Assembly (NCBI GenBank): GCA_002269645.1
Contig: NIVC01003458.1
Span: 1 to 64,000, forward strand
DNA from: Macrostomum lignano
Taxonomy: Eukaryota
Direction: 5' to 3'
DNA: 64,000 nt
Positions within the stretch are counted from its first letter, which is position 1. Each line of letters begins with the position of its first letter. Below, one piece after another: positions 1 through 12,611 of this stretch. The notes beneath the pieces are model-generated. The model was not told where the DNA came from. It worked only from the letters and a program-made list of their open reading frames with translations, and did not search any database. Both the position numbers and the translations under genes were made by a program.

Positions 1-654
1 GGGAATTTTCTTATCGGGGATTATAACTTAGATCTTAAGTCACTAAGTGCATTTTTTAAACTTTGATTAAAGCTTTGGATGGACTACATGTTCAAGGTGC
101 AAGGGTAAAAACTTTAAGCAATGTTTGTTTAAAACTGTATTTGACAACATGGCATCACCAAATCGTGCGCGCACCTTTATCAGAAAGGGTCCAGACTCCG
201 GAGGCAGAAAATGCATGCTCAGCAGCTACACTCGTGGGAGGATAATTAATGAATGAGACTGTTTTTATAATTGGAATTTTAATTTCTTGCAGATACATGT
301 AAATCACCATTTTTGTCCTGTCTAATAGGGAGTATTTTGTTATTGTGTGACACCCCCCCCTATGTGTCAGTGACTGACGCAGGATATAGTACTATGCCTG
401 CGTCAAATGCGTCAAGCCGTCAACGCAGACCAACACAATAGTCAGTAAGGCTTCTTTTTCCTGATGGTTTCTACGCTCGTACATTCAATTTGCTTGATTG
501 AAAGACTCAGTGAAAAAACATTCAAACGGGTCGCTAATTTCATAAGACTGAAATTTCACAACGCTGAAAATTCTGCATTCTGTGAAAAATGGCCAAGTGA
601 ATCCCAAAGTTGCGCATGTATGCTCCTAGTTTACTGCATTAAATTATTTGCCCA

Positions 655-3600
655 CATGGTTAGGCTGGGCACTGATATTGAGGAAAAAATTGCCACAAGA
701 CGGCACCTATGTGCCATTAAACTACTGCCTTTCTGTAGTTTGGAAAGCCCACTCATTAAAATTCATGTGCCTATCTTTGCTGTGTATGGCACTATATGTT
801 TCGGTACACTTTAAAACAAAATATTTTATTGCTCTAATAGAATTTTTGCTAATCAGATGATAATTATGAATAGATCACAAAGGACTTTGGGAGTAAATAT
901 TGCCCCATATCTGCTTGAGCAATAAAACGCTGCACCACAGGTAGCTTATGCTTATAATTGCAGTCATAAAGAGGAATTTATCAATAGTAATAACACAGTA
1001 GTATCTTATCTATAATTGCTTTGTAATATTTCTGCCAGGTGCGTTAACTTGGTTATCATACTGCTCAATTTACTTATAAAGGTTTGATCTAGTTCTATTT
1101 GATCTAAAACAAGCGAGTGCCTGAACTGAAAGAGCTGTTTGCATAGCTTGTACTGTCTACAATGCCAACGACAAAAAAAACTCATAACGAGAACAGGCAA
1201 AGTTTGTGCCTGCTCTGCTTGAGACGAGCTTCTGCGCTGATTTCTTCTTGCTCTAATTTCGAATCCGTGGCAGCCGACTTGTTCCAGGACTACGAGGCAG
1301 TGCGGCACTTTCTACCTGAAGGAGTTTGCCAGGGCTGCAGGCGCGTTTTATCGTCACTAAGAAGTCTGACGCCTCATGCTCTGCCACCGCGACCAGATTA
1401 CGAGAAGATAATAGCCGACATAAAGAGTCTGCCTCCAGCCACCAGAAGCAGACCGGATTGCAACTGCCAACTGTGCGAATTGGCTTGTGGCAATCACCAC
1501 AAAGGCAGCGATCCAAAGACGCCTTACACAACAGGTCCTGCTTGAGCCCCACCTGGTCGACCACGCGAAAGATCCCCAGCGCCAGCTGAAGGAGCAACGG
1601 CTGTGCTTTCCTGCTCATACTGTCATTCTCCAGTTGGGCGTGGCAAACAGCACAAATGCAACTCAACAGCTAAGGTGACTAACATCGAGCAAACAGTCAG
1701 CCCAAGGACAAGGGAGATGCTGGCCAGCAACTGCATTGCCGAAAAGACGGGTGGGTCGACGGCGGATTCGAATTCGATCACTCTGGCCAGACATCGAGGC
1801 GGCCATCCAATTCGAGTTGCTGTGCATGTTGCTCAAAACAGCAGTGCGAGCTTTCCTCCAACGAGGACGGACACTATGATGCACTTGAAAACAACTCTGA
1901 ATCTGAGCAACAATCAAGTGCTATAGGCTGCTCAAGTGCTTCGTGCTGGCGCGAGCTCATCTTGTGCAGTCGAGTCAAACTTGAAGAAAATTTTGGTACA
2001 GCAAAATCGAGCATTAGAGGATTACTTCGACATCCAGAATCTCCAGTTCTCGGAGCTGACCTCGACTGCCGCAACAGCCGACACTATTTGCCGCCCGACT
2101 GTTGTCTGCAACGACTCGGTCAAACTCATTGCACATGTTGCTCAGCAACGCAGTTTCAATGATTTTCACTGTCTGCTGGGTCTCGATGGTGGCGGCAGAT
2201 TTTTTAAAGTTTGCGTTTCGATAATTGGCTCTAACGCAAAACCCGAAATCGGAACTCGAGGAGCCAACAGCAGGAAATTCTGTGACACGGGTGTCAAGAA
2301 GATCCTGTTGCTTGCGATAGTCAACGACGTTCCTGAGACTTACGGAAATATTCAGGCTCTGCTCGAGGCGATCGCTGTCAACAAACTTCAAATCCCAGTC
2401 ACTGCAGATATGAAAGTTGCAAACATCATCTGCGGACTGCAACCTCATTCCTGTACACATCCGTGCCCCTATTGCGAAGCTCTGGCTCCTCTTACAGAAA
2501 ATGGTGTGCCAAGAACTCTTGGGAGAATTCGGCAGTTTGCTCAGCAGTTTCAAGCAGCTGGCCAAGTTCGTGCAAAGGCAAAGAACTTTAAAAACTGTGT
2601 CAACATGCCACTGCTACCAGGCGATGATGACAAAGAAGTTTTGATGCTTCTGCCGCCACCTGAGCTGCACCTGCTCCTTGGAGTCAGCAACCGACTGCTG
2701 GACAAGCTCAACGAAGCTTGGGGTGCGAATCGCGCGTTCGAGTGGGCTCATCAGCATGGCATTATTCGAGCTGATTACAGAGGTGGCATGATGGAAGGAA
2801 ACGCCTGCCGCCAGCTGCTCCGCAAATCACCGCAGCTTCACGCTGATCTGCCTCCACCATTACAGCCGTACGGGGCGTGTCTGATGGCGTTCGATCGGCT
2901 GGTCAGCAGCGCCTTTGGAACCGAATTGGCGGCAGACTTTGAAGAGGCAATTGAGAATTTTCGACTGGCCTACATGAGCTTAAGCTTGCCTGTCACCCCA
3001 AAAGTTCACGTTGTCTTTTGCCATGTTGGAGAGTTCTACCAGCGGACAGGGCAAGCGCTTGGCAGCTGCAGCGAGCAAGCAGTGGAGAGTGTTCACTCTG
3101 ATTTTGCCAAAACGTGGTCACGGTACAGCCTGCCAGCGCACCATGCTGAGTTTGGCCAAAATCTTTTGCGCGCCGTGGTTGCTTACAACAGCCACCACAT
3201 TTAATCCTGGTAACTCAGTTTTCTGCTTTACCGGTAAAAGAAATGGCAGTGGTTGTTAGTCTTACAGTAAAGTAGTATTCAAAGGACCCTATAAATTTAA
3301 AATACTAAAATTTTTGCAAGCTCCCGTACTTTAGAAAGCTTTCATACTTTTGCTACTTTATATGCTAATACGAGCGTACCTTGCAATATTATTGCAGAAA
3401 TGCATGTAGTTCTGGTTAATATTTGAGGAACTTGCTACACAAAAAGAATATAGTTATTTCGAAATTTTTCTATAAAACCCATGCTGTTTCCGAGTATTTA
3501 AATGTAAACAATTTGTAATGTTAGAAATCGTAAAATTATTTAACTTACTAACTTACAAGCTAGTTAACAAGTAAAACAAGCAATAATACTACACAAACAT

Positions 3601-3846
3601 TAACCTAAATAAACTTCTTGTAATCTTGTACTCTTTTTTGTACAAGTATACATTGAGTCTGTCACTTGCTAAAAATTTCTGCTTGTCTTATTAACGAGAG
3701 CAATTGTACACAGATTGTACACAAAGATAGGCACATGAATTTTAATGAGTGGGCTTTCTGAACTACAGAAAGGCAGTAGTTTAATGGTACATAGGTGCCA
3801 TCTTGTGGCAATTTTTTCCCCAATATCAGTGCCCAGCCTAACCGTG
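655..3846 (+). mobile_element. Chapaev-type (CMC superfamily) DNA transposon, full length, inactivated
   Basis: 125-bp TIRs at 655-779 and 3722-3846 with 6 mismatches. Termini are CA(T/C)GG...CCGTG. A 4-bp TSD CCCA lies at 651-654 and 3847-3850. The element encloses a transposase ORF. Confidence 0.9.
1162..3204 (+). pseudogene. Chapaev-like DDE transposase (~680 codons) with two in-frame stops
   Basis: Track ORFs 1162-1545, 1603-1926 and 1936-3204 share one frame, separated by TGA (1543-1545) and TAG (1924-1926). N-terminus: H-X7-C-X2-C (HNENRQSLCLLC), P-X3-C-X2-C and CxCxxC, plus a GRPR AT-hook. Core motifs: LGLDGGG, TADMKVANIICGLQPHSCTHPCPYCE, PPELHLLLG, GNACRQLL, TPKVH, SEQAVESVH. Confidence 0.88.
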
Positions 3847-3887
3847 CCCACTTTCAAAACTTTTCAGCCTACCTGCTGACTGCCCAT

Positions 3888-4640
3888 ATGGCTGGGAGGC
3901 CTAGAGCACCAACTACAATTGTGCAACCATGCACTAGCTGGCCCCTTACGGGCTGCTCCTTAACTCCCAGGCTTGCAAATGATGCCCAGATACTCCGGCC
4001 ATGCAACTACAGCAGCAAGATGGACTCTAGTTTATCAATGGCTACACCTGGTCATGCTCTACCTACAGGATGCAGAAAGCAGTTACAAAGGGCAGCTTCT
4101 TTGAGGGCAGCCATCTCACTGTCACCTAGCTGCTGGATTTCATCTACCTTTAGGCATGCAGCCTACCTATGCATCAGATTGAACCTCAGTGTCGCATTTC
4201 CTGCCAGACTACCACAGACTGGGCCAATTTCTATTGCAACATATGCTGCCAATACTTGCTCGACCATCCCATGGAACTTGGTGGCCTTTTGGAACTTGGC
4301 CACCAATGGGACTTGGTAGTGAGGTGGAGATAGATGAGTCAAAGTTTTTTCCACCGCAAGTACCAGCAAGGTGCCTACCATGAAGGTCATTGGGTTCTTG
4401 GAATGGTGGAACGTGGTACCAACAAAGTCATGATGGTGCTCATTCCAAACCGCACTGCTCAAACACTTCTGCCCATTATCCAGCAGCACATACTTCCTGG
4501 CACAAAGATACTGACTGATGGATAGCAGGCTCAAGACCAAATTTAGGGCAATGCACTGCACTAGCAATGCCCTGTTTGAGACCCACCTCAATGAGTACCT
4601 GTGGCGCCACCTTTTCCCAAAGGAGTTTAGGAACTTCTTA
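3888..4640 (+). pseudogene. Decayed Merlin (IS1016/ISXO2-like) transposase
   Basis: Translation shows GLLLNSQACK*CPD..GYTWSC..KGSFFEGSHL..FIYL*A..TDWANF..YLLDHPMELGG and VEIDESKFFHRKY..WVLGMVERGTNKVMMVLIPNRTAQTLLPIIQQHILPGTKILTDG*, then LFETHLNEYLWRH. It carries stops, frameshifts and an internal deletion. TIRs were not identified. Confidence 0.85.
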
Positions 4641-5237
4641 TATTATTATTGACACACTTTGGACTGCCTTCTAACTACTGTCAACTGTTGAAATATGTAA
4701 CTTTTCATTTTTTACCTGAAAAAAATTTAACACAGTAAACTAGGAGATTGCCAAAAATTTCTTATCATAAGCAATAGTGCTAGAAATTGTACCCTTGCCC
4801 AAATTGCACTTGCTAATTAGGGTAGTAAACATTATTTACTATGAAAGGCAATTAGCATAGCAAGAATGTAAAAGATAGCTACATTACTGGTTTTGGCCAA
4901 AGTTGTCATATTTGAGATTGTCACCTGCGGCTTATAGGAAAACAACTAAATTATCTAAATCATCATCATCTTAGTATTGGACAATGCTTCATTTACTAAA
5001 TTGTCATATTGTGTTGCATTGGCTACGCAAGGATCTTAGCTCATGGCAGCAGCGTGTTCTTGTTTGCCAACAGATTAAAACAATTTACAGTGAATAACTT
5101 AAGGCTTATTCAAAGTACCATCAAATGAGCCATCAAAACCATACAGTTAAATACAAAGGAATCAAATTAAACAAGCCTTTATAGGCCATGGAAATAATCT
5201 TGATTATGCATGTATATTATGTACCCTGTACTATGTA

Positions 5238-5498
5238 ACAAATAATGAAGTAGAAGGCTGGCATCGTTGGCTGAAGAACAGAGAAGGCCATGCAAAGCTT
5301 CCTCTGTATATGCTACTCTAGCTGCTATACAAGGAGGCCAATGTTGCTGCTATGCAGGCAGAACTAGTACTACAGGGCTCCAAAAGTCGCAACCATTGTG
5401 CAAAATACATTGAACTACAAATGCGAATCAGTGAGCTGTGGAGATTATACATAGCTGGGCAGCTGAGCATCCACAAATTCCTACATGCTTGCAGTTAG
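5238..5498 (+). pseudogene. MULE/Mutator transposase C-terminal relic
   Basis: TNNEVEGWHRWLKNREGHAKLPLYMLL*LLYKEA matches the TNNxxEGWH motif region of MULE transposases; in-frame TAG at 5319-5321. Confidence 0.65.
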
Positions 5499-7555
5499 CT
5501 TCAGCCTAAAGGATTGCAAGCTTTTGCTTAAACTTTTTAATTTGTAACATTTTTATCTACTGAAATTGAAATATGAAATTTGCTTTTTACATTGAACTAA
5601 TTTTATTGCATTATCATGCCTAGACTTATAAAAATGTCAGCTATAGTGCTATACAGTGTAGTTCATTTTTATCTTTGCGTTTTTACTTAATTGGCCAATA
5701 ATTGATACTTACATGTATATCAACAAATGAAATATAACTTAAAACTTGCATTCCTTGCTACTGCAGGCAGTTTTCTTTGCATAAATTAGTTTTGATATTC
5801 ATCATCTCTCTACTGTTTATTATATATTAGTCTCAGTAATCATGCAGCAATCAGCATTAATTGATATAGTTAATATAAAAATTACGAGTGCATGCAAGGG
5901 ATTTTTGCCTGAAGGTAGGAAAATCCTAAATTAATACACCCTTGCCTTTGGTCAAATTCGTCATATTTAAATGTTTAAGTCTTCCAGACTTGATGATGAT
6001 AAGTGTTACATGCGGACCTCACTCATCATCATCAGGTTAAGTTCAAAAAGAAAATAATTTATTTAAATAATTGCTTCTTTTAAAATATTGAAAAGTTCAC
6101 TTTTTAAAACAAAAAAATTAAAGGCTTTTAATAAACAAAAGAGTAAATATATTTTTGGTTGCAAATTAATGTTGATAAAAAGAAATGCCTTGCAAAAATT
6201 AGGAAGAACCGAGGAACATGTTGTTTTTATACTCTGCTTACTTTTCTGTGAATTTTGTAAAATCATTCCTGTGTAGTGTAGGGCCACTCCACTGGCTGAT
6301 TGTTAGCGCTTGATTAACCCGATGTCATCTTTATACTCTTCTTTAAGTTATTCATTATCATATTATAAGATTCGTGTTTTAAATTATAGCCGTATGGGCT
6401 AGTCTTAGGCTATGGCTACAGCAATTTTAAGAATCCAACCAAAAACAAAAAGATTTGAATGGTTTTTTGAACTAGGCGTCTAGGCCTAGCAAAATTAAGT
6501 AAATAATTGAAAAATTACAAATATGTTCTTATCAATTAATAATTAAAAAACCATACATATAGCTTTTGAAATTCAGGTGCAAATCCGAAAAATTCTTGTG
6601 GGAGGCAAGCTTTGCTTTACTAAGCACTATAAGTACCTATAACCCAATATTGTAAAATAGACCTAGTATAGTTGCAGGCCAAAAAAGTATAGCCAAAACT
6701 TTCTTGGCCTGGCCACTGCTAAGGGAGGGCCGGGAGAGCATAGCCTGTTTGGCCTACCTCTGGATCTGCCCTTATTGAAATTTTATCATTTTTCATATTG
6801 CAATTACAATTTTATTTTTCAATAAAATATAGAATATATCTCTAACAAAAAATAAAGCTGCTAAAAACTATGACAATTGATAGCTTTTAATTTAAATATA
6901 TATTGCAATAATTAACAGTAACTATTGCATATATCCAATATACTAAAAATGAGTTGTCTGTATGTGGCCTGTGGGTAGGTAGGTAGGTATGCGATAGATT
7001 TCAGAAAAATTGGCTCAACCAATTTTCTTCAAACTTGCACCATTCGATCAGAAATTTTCCTGGGACGGTACATGCATCTTGGCTAAAAAATTGCTCAATT
7101 TTAAAGGGATTAAATATTTGAAAAACTTGCTTTTTTGCAAAGGTCAAGCAGCTCTTTCGACCTAAAATTCATTGTAAGAATGCTAGAGAAAAAACTGACT
7201 GGCTGAATTCCAATTGTGATAAAGATTGCATCACAACAAGTTGAAAACAGTGCCGAAGAAATGCACACACGACTTGATTTAAATTGCGTAACCAATATTG
7301 CTAACTTAAATTGAGACTGATACTGGCTGACTGAGAAATTGATTATGTCATTACTTTTTACTTCAATTGACTTGCTAAAGAATTGAATTATAAGGACCAC
7401 AATTCACGTTCTCCAATTGAAAACAGATAGCCAAGATGTGAATAGACTGGAATGCTAATGTAGCAACCTGGGTTCGAATCTTAGTAGTGCAAAAAGATTT
7501 TTTTATCAAAACACCTTAAAAACACAACAAAACTGCTAAACATAATAGAAGCGCA

Positions 7556-10000
7556 ATGTCAAACATAGAAGAGCCACCATGTCAAACATTAAAGAGCCAA
7601 CATTTCGAATATAAAAGAGTTACCATGTCAAACATAAAATAAGCACTATGTCAAACATATATGTGACTCCATGTCAACCATTAAAAAGCCACCATTTCAA
7701 ACATAGAAGAGCCACTATGTCAAACCTAAACAAGCCACCATGTCTAACATTTAAGAGCCACCATGTCAAACATTTAAGAGCCATTATGTCAAACATTAAA
7801 GAGCCACCATGTCAAACCTAAACAAGCCACCACGTCTAACATTTAAAAGCCACCATGTCAAACATTTAAGAGCCACCATGTCAAACATTTAAGAGCCACC
7901 ATGTCAAACATTTAAGAGCCACCATGTCAAACATTTAAGAGCCACCATGTCAAACATATATGTGACTTTATGTCAAACTTTAAAGAGCCACCATTTCGAA
8001 CATTAAATAGCCACTTTGTCAAACATTAGAGAGCCGCCGTGTCAAACATAAAAGAGCCACCAGGTTAAACATTAAAGAGCCACCATGTCAAACAATAAAG
8101 AGCCACCATGTCAAACAATAAAGAGCCACCATGTCAAACAATAAAGAGCCACCATGTCAAACATAGAAGAGCCACCATGTAAAACATTTAGGCGTCACCA
8201 TATCAAACATCAAATAGCCACTTTGTCAAACATTAAAGAGCCACCGTGTTAAACATAAAAGAGCCACCGTGTCAAACATAAAAGAGCCACCATGTTAAAC
8301 ATAGAAGAGCCACCATTTCAAACATAAAAGAGCCACCATGTCAGACATTAAAAAGCCACCGTATCAAACATAAAAGAGTTACAATGTAGAACATTAAAGA
8401 GCCACCATTTCAAACAGTAAAGAGCCACCATGTCAAACATAAAAGAGCTACCATGTCAAACATTTAAGAGCTACCATGTCAAACATTTAAGAGCTACCAT
8501 GTCAAAACATAAAAGTGCAATCATGTCAAACCTAAAAGAGCCACCATGTCAAACATAAAAGAGCCACCATTTTGAACATTAAAGAGCCACCATTTCAAAC
8601 AGTAAAGAGCCACCATGTATAACATTTAAGAGTCACCATATCAAACATCAAATAGCCACTTTGTCGAACATTAAAGAGCCTCCGTGTCAAACATAAAAGA
8701 GCCACCATGTTAAACATAGAAGAGCCACCATGTCAAACATAAAAGAGCCACCATGTCAGACATTAAAAAGCCACCGTATCAAACATAAAAGAGCCACCAT
8801 GTTAAACATAGAAGAGCCACCATGTCAAACATAAAAGAGCCACCATGTCAGACATTAAAAAGCCACCGTATCAAACATAAAAGAGTTACCATGTGGAACA
8901 TTAAAGAGCCACTATTTCACTCAGTAAAGAGCCACCATGTCAAACATAAAAGAGCCACCATGTCAAACATTAAAAAGCCACCATGGTGAACATTAAAGAG
9001 CTACCATGTCAAACATTAAAGAGCTATCATGTCAAACACAAAATAGCCACCATGTCAAACATTGAAGAGACACTATGTCAAACGTATACGTGACTCCATG
9101 TCAAACATAAAAGTGCCACCATGTCAAACATAAAAGTGCCACTATGTCAAAAATTAAAGAGCCACCATGTCGAACATTAAAGGGCCACCATGTCAAACAT
9201 AAAAGAGCCACCATGTCGAACATAAAAGAGCCACCATGCCAAATATAAAAGAGCCACCATGCCAAATATAAAAGAGCCACCATGTCGAACATTTAAGAGC
9301 CACCATGCAAAACATAAAAGAGCAACGATGTCAAACATAAAAGAGCCACCATGCCAAACATAAAAGAACAACGATGTCAAACATAAAAGAGCCACCATGT
9401 CAAACATAAAAGTGCCATTATGTCAAAAATATACGGGACTCCATGTCAAACATTAAAGAGCCACCATGTCAAACATTAAAGAGCTATCATGTCAAACACA
9501 GAATAGCCACCATGTAAAACATAGAAGAGACACTATGTCAAATGTATACGTGACTCCATGTCAAACATAACAGAGCCTTCATGTCAAACATAAAAGAGCC
9601 ACCATGTCAAACATTAAAGAGCCACCATGTCGAACATTAAAGGGCCACCATGTCAAACATTAAAGAGCCACCATGGCGAACATTAAAGAGCCACCTTGTC
9701 AAACATTAAAGAGCCATCATGTCAAACATAAAAGAGCCATCATGTGAAACATATACGTGACTCAATGTCAAACATTAAAGAGCCACCATGTCAAACATTA
9801 AAGAGCTATCATGTCAAACACAAAGTAGCTACCATGTCAAACATAGAAGAGCCACCATGTCAAACATTAAAGAGCTATCATGTCAAACACAAAAGAGCTA
9901 CCATGTCAAACATAGAAGAGCTACCATGTCAAACATTAAAGAGCCACCTTTTTAAACAAAAAAGAGACCCCATTTCAAACATAAAAGAAGTGTCATGCCA
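7556..10000. repeat. ~2.4-kb minisatellite, 21-22-bp unit AAAGAGCCACCATGTCAAACAT(T/A)
   Basis: Directly visible tandem array inside the Helitron. Confidence 0.95.
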
Positions 10001-10059
10001 AACAAAATGGAACCATTATAAAGCTAAAGAAATTGTTGCACTAGCTACTTGTTCTCTGG

Positions 10060-10470
10060 TGGATGCTTGCTTTTTAAGGATGGATACTTGCTTACAGGGG
10101 GATGCTTGCTCTTGTGGGTGGAGGGTACTTGCTATCTGAGAGGGGGTTGCTAGATATCTATAAGGTATCTTTGTATCCAGGTTATGCTTGCTATCAGGGG
10201 TTGCTTGCGAACTGGGGGATGCTTGCAATCTGGGGGATGCTTGCGAACTGGGGGATGCTTGCAATCTGGGGGATGCTTGCGAACTGGGGGATGCTTACTA
10301 TCTGGGGTCTGAGGGAATGCTTGCTATCTGGGGATGCTTGCTATCTGGGGTTGCTTGCTATTGGGGGGATGCTTGCTACCTGGGGGATGCTTGCTACCTG
10401 GGGGATGCTTGCAGTCTGGGGGATGCTTGCTATTTGGGGATCGATGCTTGAATGCTGTCTGAGGATGCTT
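10060..10470. repeat. 18-bp minisatellite GGGGGATGCTTGCTATCT
   Basis: Directly visible tandem array near the Helitron 3' end. Confidence 0.9.
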
Positions 10471-12310
10471 GCTGTCTTGGGATGTTTTGTTTTTAGAGGG
10501 AATGTCTGTTGTTGTTTTTTGAAGGTTTTATTTCGCTGTCTATTTGTTATTTGTAAAGAACAAGGATTCTATCCAGATGTCCCCCATCGGGGGGCGAAGA
10601 TTGCTAGTCCAATATACTAAAAATTTAATTTAAAATTATAATCTATAATAATTTTAGGCCTATGCTATAGGCCTATGAATGCTAATTTAGAATAAAATAG
10701 AATAACAATTTTTTAATAAAAAATTGCAAAATTAAATTATAATAATAACAAAGATAAGGTCTTTGCCTTTTAAGTTTTTTTATCTATTGAAATTAGGCAA
10801 GCTGCATTTGTTTAGTATTATAAAGGCCTAGTATTATAAATTATAATTTAGGTTAATTTTTTTTTAAAATTTTACCATTTGCTTATATAATTTAACCTAG
10901 ATAACTAGGTTTTTGCAAAAAAGTGCAAAATTGCACCTTGTGCCTCATTTTAAGCCTGTGCAATTTTAGGTCTTAAAGTGCAATTTCTCTTACTTTAGAA
11001 AGGCAAGAAAGCTGGGAATATAGACGTACCTATTATTCTAAATACATTTTTATATATAGGTTATAACTTATACAATTTGAATTGATATATTAATTATTAC
11101 AAGCTAATTTCATATTTTTAAGCCTAAAGGGTAAAGTAGAAAGCAAGATTGCACCTACTTTTTTAATTTCAAGGTACAATTTTAAAATTCAGGGTGTATT
11201 AACTGTATACTCAGACTATCTATTGCAATTTTAGAATTTTTTGATGCTGTATTGCAGCTAGAGTTAAGGCAGATAATATTGCAGTGCAGTGCAATTTTGG
11301 GTAAACAGCAAGAGTAACTGATTGTCTTATTAAAAAGGCTAAGCCTATTACAATTTATAAATAGTATAGAGTCTATAACTTTAATTATACTTAGCATCTT
11401 TTTATTTTTTATTTCCAATCAATTTGAATTATATTTTTGTTTTTTCAAAACAATTTAAAAAAAGCATAATGATTGTTCCTTAGAATTTACTTCATAGCTT
11501 AAGCATATATATTTATAGTTTAGTTTGTTTATCCTAATTTTATTAATAAACTATAAACTAATAATTGTTTCTAGATACCTTGCCTTGACTTAAAAGGTCT
11601 AGTAACATTATCATAATCAGTACTAAGGTAATTCTAGGGCCTGTCTTTTTTAGTACTTCTTAAGCATATTAAAATATATAAATGCTATGCATAGGCACAT
11701 ATTACAAGGGGTATCCCAGAAGTAGTATCACCTTTGCTTGCTTCTACAAGTAGGGCCTATTAATATGTTTAAAAAGTCATATGCCTTAAAAGGTAGCAGC
11801 TTATTTTAGCTTTCATGCCAAGAAAGTCTGATTTTTATAAGTGCTTCTTGCTGTAAGCAGCATGCATTTGTTCATATACCCTTGGCTATAGAAATACACA
11901 CCATATAGTGCTTCTATGCTTACTTAAAAGAAAACCACAAATAGAGCTAATCAAGCACAAAGTTTCAAGACAGCAGCTGCAAGATTTGTTCCTATCATGG
12001 ACCCTAATATTCACTCTATAAAAAGGCAGAGACATGCAATTTTTTTTACTTTGGAGTCTTAGTCAAAAATGCCCTGAAATTCACAAAACCTGACCTTGGC
12101 ATTGGGACCATGAATGTGGGTCAAAAACCTCTGCGGTTCAAAAACAAAAACCTAACCTGCATTCACAATTGAATATATATAATAGAATAAAACTTAATCT
12201 TGCCTTAAAATTTCTACATTTTTATTTTAGGCAAAAATTCAATCCTAAAAAAGAGGACAATATGTCTTAACGTAAAATATCTATAGGCAATATATAAGTA
12301 ATTTGGGAAT

Positions 12311-12375
12311 TGGAAATTAAACCTGCAATCTTTTAGCTATGAGTTGAACACTCTTACCACTAGGCTAAAACCTCC
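12311..12375 (-). mobile_element. Degenerate tRNA-derived (SINE head) relic
   Basis: Minus strand carries a perfect A box TAGCCTAGTGG and a degenerate B box GGTTTAATTTCC at tRNA-like spacing; no intact cloverleaf. Confidence 0.45.
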
Positions 12376-12611
12376 TAACAACTTTATCCTGTCATTTTAT
12401 TTGTTTATTTCCATCTTTAGACTGAATCTTAGAATCTTAGACTTTAGCTTAGTGCAATAGCCTTTAGGAATTATTAGAAAATATGAAACTGTTCATATTG
12501 ATAGTTAATCAATGTCATTAACTGTTTTATGGAAATTTGATATTTTTGTCGCACTAATTAAAGTTTGCATTATATTGTTATTTCAGTAAAAGTTAAGCAA
12601 CAATTGCTGCA

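Larger units (their letters stand above)
6934..10607 (+). mobile_element. Non-autonomous Helitron carrying minisatellites
   Basis: 5' end A|TCCAATATACTAAAAAT followed by GTCTGTATGT/(GGTA)n. 3' GC hairpin GTCCCCCATCGGGGGGC (10579-10595), then 8 nt, then CTAG|T (10604-10607). No RepHel ORF seen. Confidence 0.7.

Noticed and set aside
40-130. Possible left Merlin TIR matching 4780-4830
   Set aside because: Only short patchy similarity (GCAAGGGTA) and no TSD; not supportable.
1162-3204. Programmed stop-codon readthrough or an alternative genetic code in the transposase
   Set aside because: Both stops are single C-to-T changes from plausible sense codons, and host genes use standard stops, so simple inactivation is more parsimonious.
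7556-10000. Possible CRISPR-like array
   Set aside because: Units are contiguous with no unique spacers; eukaryotic context; no cas genes.
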